Assembly: GCA_964016885.1 (NCBI GenBank)
Contig: OZ024746.1
Coordinates: 95,170,001-95,234,000 of the forward strand
DNA from: Eledone cirrhosa
Taxonomy: Eukaryota
DNA: 64,000 nt
Direction of reading: 5' to 3'
Under the pieces are notes generated by a model that was given only the letters and a program-made list of their open reading frames with translations, was not told the origin of the DNA and did no database searches. This document shows positions 56,053-64,000 of the stretch, piece by piece. The translations under genes were made by a program, and so were the position numbers. The number at the start of each line of letters is the position of its first letter. The first letter of the stretch is position 1.

Positions 56053-56234
56053 TGGCGGTGGATTGGCAGTATCGGTAGAGGGTCGGACGCCATGCTTTCT
56101 AGAGTTACGGCCCTTGCCATTCTGAGTTCAAATCCCGCCGAGGTTAACTTTGCCTTTCATCCTTACGGGGTCGATAAAATAAAGTACCAGTAATGCACTG
56201 GGTAATTGCTGGCCTTGTGCCAAAAGTAGAAACA
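56053..56234 (+). mobile_element. Full-length SINE with an 18-bp TSD
   Basis: ATTATTATCAACAACATA at 56035-56052 and 56235-56252. Confidence 0.93.
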
Positions 56235-56698
56235 ATTATTATCAACAACATAATATCAAATCTATAAAATGTTGATGTTATTTATTTTGATGTTATTTTT
56301 ATGTTGATGTTATTTAGTATGTGTGGCCTGTTACAGCCAGTTTGAACAGAAAAGGGTGAGAGAAAAGGGTCGGAAACAGCCAGTTCAAATGCTAAAGGGT
56401 TAAAGCCACCACCTGGTCCTTGGGTACCTTTAACGAAATTCTCTCCGTTGCATTTAGTGTCTGTTATCCTGCCGAGAATGTACAGTTTGACTCCCTTCCC
56501 CATTCGTTCTTCCATTTTTCTCTTTCTTTTTTTGTTTTTTCTGTTACAAAAGTATATTATATTAAATTTGAATAAATAAAATAAATAAATTGTGGTGTCC
56601 CAGCATGGCCTCAGGCTGTCGGATGCTCTAACTACTAAGCCATGTGCCTCCGTAATAGAGTAAATAAATAGGGATGGACCTCTGTCGGTTTCAATAAT

Positions 56699-56884
56699 TG
56701 TTTCTACCTTAGGCACAAGGCCAGCAATTACCCAGTGCATTACTGGTACTTTATTTTATCGACCCCGTAAGGATGAAAGGCAAAGTCAACCTCGGCGGGA
56801 TTTGAACTCAGATCGTTAAGGGACGTAACTCTATGCTTCAAAGCATGGCGTCCAACCCTCTACCGATACTGCCAATCCACTACC
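56699..56884 (-). mobile_element. Full-length SINE with a 17-bp TSD
   Basis: CTGTCGGTTTCAATAAT at 56682-56698 and 56885-56901. Confidence 0.93.
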
Positions 56885-56944
56885 CTGTCGGTTTCAATAA
56901 TGTGATCCAGTTGTTTGATCAAAGGGACAGTCTACTCATGAAAC

Positions 56945-57116
56945 TACCGTATTCCCCGGAGTCAAAGACTCTACTTTTTTTCTAAAATAAGTCTCAAAAA
57001 TCTACCATGTGTCCTGGAGGCCGAAGGTTGTTTATTATTTTTTTTTCAAATTTTTGGTTGTCAAAATTAGGGTGGGTCCTCGAGGACGAAGGATCTTCGG
57101 CGCCAGAAATATGGTA
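56945..57116. mobile_element. pogo/Tigger-type MITE nested in an older repeat
   Basis: TA-CCGTATTCCCCGG ... CCAGAAATATGG-TA. Confidence 0.65.
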
Positions 57117-57602
57117 ATGTGTAAATATCATAACTAAGCATTCCACAGACATCTGTACTCTTAACATAATTCTCAGGGAGATTCATGATGATGATGATTC
57201 ATGACACAGTGGGTGACAAGGTTGACCTTTGAATTACAAGTGCAGTCCATTCGACAGACTTCCAGACAGTTCCGAACCCAAGGTTGTGATAAATGACACT
57301 TGCTCAAGATGCCAGGCAGCATTGGGATTGAACCCGGGACTTAACCTCTTCAGAGCTGTAGACGAGATAACTCATCCTAACATGTTTGAACTCATTTCCA
57401 ACATAACTTCAAAATTATGAATTTGTTTCCATCAGTTCATAACTTGAAAGCTAGTTGGCGTTACTAGTTTGAGAAAAAAAAACCAGCACAGCAACTGTGG
57501 CTGTGTAAAATATACACAGCAGTCAACAGGTTAATGATTGCAAAATGAACTTAAACATTCAGCCATGCTGCATCCACAAATAAATAAATAAATGAAAAAG
57601 AA

Positions 57603-58002
57603 GTACTCTCGGGTCCCAAATAATAAGGGAGAGGAGAATAAGTGGAGGATGGAATAAGCAGGAGAGTTAGAATAAACGGGAGAGGGGGATAAGCGGGCGG
57701 GAGTCAGTAATTTTTCTAAGTTGTCTCTGTTGATTTTTTTTAAAAAACCAGAATTAGTTGTTTAGTTTACATAGTGAGACCTTACCCTATCCTATTTATT
57801 TTATAACGTTTGGGATTTCTAGTAATGTACTTTTTTGTCAGTCATGTATAATGAATGTTTTTTATGTATAAAGAAAAATTTCACCAGAGACAGATTAGCA
57901 AAATTTAATAAGCAGAGATGGGTTGGAATAAGGGCAGAAAAAATCTGAAAAATTAATAAGCAGGAATGGAGGGAGGGGGCTATTATTTGAGACCCGACAG
58001 TA
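57603..58002. mobile_element. Tc1/mariner-type MITE, about 400 bp
   Basis: TIRs TACTCTCGGGTCCCAAATAATA / TATTATTTGAGACCCGACAGTA. Confidence 0.8.
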
Positions 58003-58023
58003 TTATATTAGAATCAAACTTAC

Positions 58024-58134
58024 ACGTTAGTAATCCAGGAGAGACAACTTTCTCGTTGACTAATTTTCCACCATACCACAAGACAAGTGTGATAGCTGCG
58101 TGAGATATGAATCCTACTGTACCATCAAGTGTTC
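58024..58134 (-). CDS. ABCB half-transporter exon (TM region), most 5' exon found in the window
   Basis: GTLDGTVGFISHAAITLVLWYGGKLVNEKVVSPGLLT; phase 1-1; CAG acceptor and GTAAG donor. Confidence 0.93.
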
Positions 58135-58375
58135 CTGTAAAATAGACAGAGAATGTTCAGCTGAGAAAACGTCGCTACTGTAAAGAAAACATTATTAACA
58201 GGAGCCAGCAATGGAATGTCTATGTTGTGAGAACACATTGGATAATATAGACAGTGAATTTCCAGAATTGTTAGAACATGAAATCCTGGCGATGAAAAAA
58301 AGTGGACAGAGGTGGACATTTGGCTACAGTCATTTGCATTTGGGGCAACAGCATTTCAAATTTTCATAATGCTAC

Positions 58376-58573
58376 TTAACCCTTTAGCATTTACATAACT
58401 ATTATATTTTCAGGGTAAATGCTTTATCTCACATAATATAGAATCTACGAGATTTTGATGATGTTATTATTTATTTTGAGAACAATACCTTAACATCAGT
58501 ATGAGTGGCCAGTTATGGCCGGTTTGAACAGAAAAAGGTGAGAGAATTCTGGCCAGGTATGCTAAAGGGTTAA
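58376..58573. mobile_element. Full piggyBac-type MITE
   Basis: TTAA-CCCTTTAGCAT ... ATGCTAAAGGG-TTAA. Confidence 0.9.
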
Positions 58574-58656
58574 GTTAAGTCAACTGGTTTGTATATTCTG
58601 TAGCAACAAATGGCCACATAGTTTCTTTTACAACAAATCTCCAATTTTCCTTCGGA

Positions 58657-58695
58657 ATCCTCTGATGATGGACGTGAAATCTGAAATATAGGGAT
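58657..58695 (+). ncRNA. Minimal hammerhead ribozyme-like motif (degenerate)
   Basis: ATCCT-CTGATGA-T-GGA(cgtgaaa)TCT-GAAA-TATA-GGGAT, followed by AATAAA. Confidence 0.5.
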
Positions 58696-58834
58696 GAATA
58701 AATCGATTCCAAAGTAACTTCATCTCTGGTTTTCAATAAATTTTACATTTCTTTTTACATTTCTCTTCCTGATTTTATTACCCGGAGATTTATCCATCTG
58801 CATTGTAGAGGCTTCCAAAACAACCATTTTGTAA

Positions 58835-58865
<31 letters not shown>

Positions 58866-59064
58866 ATATTAATAAATGGAAACTATATCTATAAAACCAT
58901 AATTATTTTATTATATATATTTCAAGGGCAACCAAGGCAAATTTTGGTGCGCTTTCATCAGATATTAATATATTGAATATTTACTCCACTATTCTGTTGA
59001 GTGCTTTATATCAGTTATAAAAATGTTTAAGCTTGTTGAATCCCAACAAATTAAATATAACTTC

Positions 59065-59067
<3 letters not shown>

Positions 59068-59113
<46 letters not shown>

Positions 59114-59297
59114 TATATATAATATATATATTATATATATAATATATATATTATATATAATATATATAATATATATAATATATATATATATATAATATAT
59201 ATATTATATATAATATATATATTATATATATAATATATATATTATATATATAATATATATATTATATATATATATATATATATTATATATACATATA

Positions 59298-59365
<68 letters not shown>

Positions 59366-59976
59366 TATTATATATATAATATATATATTATATATAATAT
59401 ATATAATATATATAATATATATATTATATATAATATATATAATATATATATTATATATAATATATATAATATATATATTATATATATTATATATATAATA
59501 TATATATTATATATATTATATATATAATATATATATTATATATATTATATATATTATATATATAATATATATATTTATATATATTATATATATTTATATA
59601 TATTATATATAATATATATATAATATATATATAATATATATAATATATATATTATATATATTATATATATTATATATATAATATATATATTTATATATAT
59701 TATATATATTTATATATATTATATATAATATATATATAATATATATATAATATATATATTTATATATATTATATATATTTATATATATTATATATAAATA
59801 ATATATATATATATAATATATATATATATATAATATATATATATATATAATATATATATATATAATATATATATATAATATATATATATAATATATATAT
59901 ATGTATATATAATATATATATATATAATATATATATATGTATATATAATATATATATATGTATATATAATATATAT
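59068..59976. repeat. (TA)n compound microsatellite (further fields at 61030-61847 and 63470-63572)
   Basis: Read directly. Confidence 0.95.
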
Positions 59977-60273
59977 CATCATCATCATCATCAGGTTTAG
60001 CGTCCGTGTTCCACGCTTGCATGGGTTTGGACGGGGGTTTTCCCACTTGAGGCAAGAGTGGTTGTCTTGCTCGCATAGGACTGTCTGGCGGGTTTTCTAC
60101 AGTTGGATGCCCTTCCTAACACCAACCACATTTACAGTGTGGGGCTGGGAGGTTTTTACCGTGTTGCCTACACGGCCACATTACAGCGTGGACTGTCTGG
60201 CGGGTTTTCTACAGCTGGATGCCCTTCCTAACACCAACCACATTTACAGTGTGGGGCTGGGAGGTTTTTACCG
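59977..60273 (-). mobile_element. RTE 3'-UTR fragment with an internal duplication
   Basis: Reverse complement of about 60810-61030; (TGA)n tail. Confidence 0.88.
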
Positions 60274-60364
60274 TATATATATATATAATATATATATATA
60301 TGTATATATAATATATATATATGTATATATAATATATATATATGTATATATAATATATATATAT

Positions 60365-61030
60365 GTAACTATGCTGCAAAGCATAAACGAACTAAGGAAA
60401 AAATTAGAGATAAGAGGGATCAGATGTTGTTTACTCGAGAGAAGGCTGCGTTGGTATGGACACGTGATGCGCATGAAAGTCGATAGCTGTATTACAAAGT
60501 GCAGGGCAATAAAGATAGACGGTAGCCACGGAATAGGCAGACCTAGAAAAACATGGGATGAGCTGATAAACTCCGACCTCACACACTTACACCTCTCCAA
60601 GACAATGTCACTGGACCGTGACCTTTGGCGGTACTCAGTAACAGAGAAGACCCGCCTTGCCAGTAGGCATCTCTAACAAACTACACCCCGTCCCGCCACC
60701 ACCCCCACCCCATCCACACCACCCCGTTCCATGTAAAGTTATGTTGGTGCCGCGCCATCCAGGCCGAAACAAACGAGATCGTGTAGGTGTCACGACAAAA
60801 AAACACACAGTCCACGCTGTAATGTGGCCGTGTAGGCAACACGGTAAAAACCTCCCAGACCCACACTGTAAATGTGGTTGGTGTTAGGAAGGGCATCCAA
60901 CTGTAGAAAACCTGCCAGACAGTCCTATGCGAGCAAGACAATCACTCTTGCCTCAAGTGGGACTACCCCCGTCCAAACCCATGCAAGCGTGGAACACGGA
61001 CGTTAAACGTTGATGATGATGATGATGATA
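60365..61030 (+). mobile_element. RTE LINE 3' end (ORF C-terminus, 3' UTR, (TGA)n tail)
   Basis: LERRLRWYGHVMRM...GRPRKTWDELINSDL. Confidence 0.9.
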
Positions 61031-61100
61031 ATATATATATATATATAATATATATATATGTATATAATATATATATATATATATATAATATATATATATG

Positions 61101-61142
<42 letters not shown>

Positions 61143-61158
61143 TATATATATAATATAT

Positions 61159-61264
<106 letters not shown>

Positions 61265-61314
61265 ATATATATATATGTATATATAATATATATATATGTA
61301 TATATAATATATAT

Positions 61315-61373
<59 letters not shown>

Positions 61374-61442
61374 ATATATATATATGTATATATAATATAT
61401 ATATATATATATAATATATATATATATATATAATATATATAT

Positions 61443-61566
<124 letters not shown>

Positions 61567-61587
61567 ATATATATATATGTATATATA

Positions 61588-61633
<46 letters not shown>

Positions 61634-61645
61634 TATGTATATATA

Positions 61646-61738
<93 letters not shown>

Positions 61739-61799
61739 ATATATATATATATATATAATATATATATATATATATAATATATATATATATAATATATAT

Positions 61800-61833
<34 letters not shown>

Positions 61834-61847
61834 ATATATATATATAA

Positions 61848-62031
61848 TTGTTTCTACTTTAGGCACAAGGCCAGCAATTATCCAGTACATTACTGGTACT
61901 TTATTTTATCGACCCTTAAGGATGAAAGGCAAAGTCAACCTCGGCGGGATTTGAACTCAGATCGTAAAGGGACGTAACTATGCTGGAAAGCATGGTGTCC
62001 GACCCTCTACCGATACTGCCAATCCACCGCC
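61848..62031 (-). mobile_element. Full-length tRNA-derived SINE in (TA)n
   Basis: Family consensus. Confidence 0.92.
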
Positions 62032-63281
62032 CTATATATAATATAAACATTTGGAACGATATATTAACGTTTATAAACTTTAATGACTTAAACTATAGCC
62101 AATATTATACTGCCTTATTGGATAGTTTAAATATTTTTAATATTAATTTATCAAATAGGGTTTTCGAGTCATTTACAGGGGTTGTTTCCTTAGCTTTTAC
62201 TTAACTACTTAACTGCATGTGAGACCTAAATGTATACGTTTGTTTTTGTTTTTTAATTTCCGGTTGATTCTATTTATTTATTTTATTCTATATTTTATAT
62301 TTTATTTGTAATACTACTGTGCATTATATTTACTGTCTGGCACTTACTCACTCATCCATATACATGTCTGTCTACCAACCTTGTAATTATAAGTAATTAT
62401 ATATTATATTGTATTAATTTATTTTATATAATATATTATATTATATTGTATTTTTTATTGTAATATTGATCCTTATTACTTACCGTTAATTATATGTAAC
62501 ATTATGATATGTTAAACTTTATATATCATGTAAGATGTTTGTACTTCTGTACCATCATAATTTTTTTGAGGTATTGTACAATTTATTTTTCCTCACCTAC
62601 TCTGTAACCCAATATGAATCGATTTGTTAACTTGAGTACATTGATAAATGTTAGTATATTGTATATTGTAAATGTTATTATTATTATATTATTATTGTGA
62701 CATCTATATTGTTTGTGTAAATTAACCGGAGATTATCTATTCTATTATATTGTATTATATAGTATATAATTGTATTATTTATTATTATATGTGTTACTTA
62801 TAATTATATCATATTATTACCTCATGTATATTGGGTAGATGTATTAGTATTATTATTATTATTATTTTCATTCCTATCATGCTTATTTTTATATTCAAAT
62901 TCTTAATAAGGTTTAATTTGTGCAGTGGAAGATGGATGTGTGTATTGTTGTATGTGTATGTGTGTGTACGTGTGCGCACATATATACATATGCATATTGT
63001 ATCTTTTGATTTTTATTGTAATTTTAATGTTGGTAAAGGTATATTATAGTATATTATATTGTATTATATAAAATTCCTGCTCTATATAACCACCTTTGTT
63101 TAGATCTAGTTTTTGCTTTGGACTATATTTGTAATATGGTTCTTAATGTTATATACATCCTTAGTAATTATTATCATATATTTTTATTATATATTTTTGT
63201 AATACTTCAGTGTATGTACACTCCATATTCTTCGGAGCTTCCGGCTTGTATCTGCCGATATTACTTCTTGTTGTTTTAATT

Positions 63282-63319
63282 GCCCTGATGAGTCCTTAAT
63301 AGGACGAAACATTGTCGGC
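63282..63319 (+). ncRNA. Minimal type-I hammerhead ribozyme motif
   Basis: Stem I GCC; core CTGATGA; stem II GTCCT(taat)AGGAC; GAAA; stem III AC(att)GT; GUC cleavage triplet (cut after 63316); stem I' GGC; AATAAA at 63321-63326. Confidence 0.8.
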
Positions 63320-63469
63320 TAATAAAGACTTTTGATGTATTGAAGGCTTCTTTGTTTTACTCTCTTAATTTTTCGGCTCTGTTTAACTACATTGAGCTAT
63401 ACCTTTTACTGTCATTTCTTTAATACGAAGAGGGTGTTTAACTCCAACACACTCCAGTATTTTAACCCT

Positions 63470-63569
<100 letters not shown>

Positions 63570-63572
63570 ATA

Positions 63573-64000
63573 TCATCATCATCATCATCATCAACGTTTA
63601 ACGTCCGTGTTCCACGCTTGCATGGGTTTGGACGGGGGTAGTCCCACTTGAGGCAAGAGTGATTGTCTTGCTCGCATAGGACTGTCTGGCAGGTTTTCTA
63701 CAGTTGGATGCCCTTCCTAACACCAACCACATTTACAGTGTGGGTCTGGGAGGTTTTTACCGTGTTGCCTACACGGCCACATTACAGCGTGGACTGTGTG
63801 TTTTTTTGTCGTGACACCTACACGATCTCATTTGTTTCGGCCTCGATGGCGCGGCACCAACATAACTTTACATAGAACGGGGTGGTGTGGATCGGGTGGG
63901 GGTGGTGGGACGGGGTGTATTTGTTAGAGATGCCTACTGGCTGGAGTAGGTTTTACTATATATTTAGGTAAGGCGGGTCTTCTCTGTTACTGAGTACCGC
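63573..64000 (-). mobile_element. RTE LINE 3' end, inverted near-identical copy of 60627-61030
   Basis: ORFs 60681-60941(-) and 63663-63875(+) translate almost identically. Confidence 0.9.

Noticed and set aside
56053-56140. tRNA gene (box A/box B present)
   Set aside because: It is the head of a multi-copy SINE with a TSD; no full cloverleaf is evident.
39596-58134. Assigning the symbol ABCB10 or ABCB8
   Set aside because: The family is clear, but orthology cannot be established without the N-terminus and a phylogeny.

Overview
AT-rich, repeat-dense eukaryotic genomic DNA. The SINE, RTE and microsatellite content suggests an octopod cephalopod, but that is inference. The only host protein-coding gene I can support is a minus-strand ABCB-type half-transporter. 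Its last 9 exons (58134 down to the stop at 39596) all have GT-AG junctions and phase-consistent splicing, and encode the end of the TMD, Walker A, Q-loop, LSGGQ, Walker B/D-loop, H-loop and an S/T/P-rich tail; the 5' exons were not found here and probably lie beyond the window end. The rest consists of decayed non-LTR retroelements (R4/Dong-like, CR1-like, CRE-like, RTE with a PHD-like insert), about 20 tRNA-derived SINE copies, Tc1/mariner-, hAT- and piggyBac-type MITEs, a Helitron-like element, many minisatellites and a 3.9-kb (TA)n field. The most notable unannotated signals are: an intact minimal type-I hammerhead ribozyme motif at 63282-63319 with several decayed relatives (Penelope/retrozyme-like); transposons that have seeded minisatellites inside introns; inverted retroelement pairs in the probable intron; and an orphan NRF1/Oct/YY1 promoter-like cluster with splice sites at about 15.4 kb.
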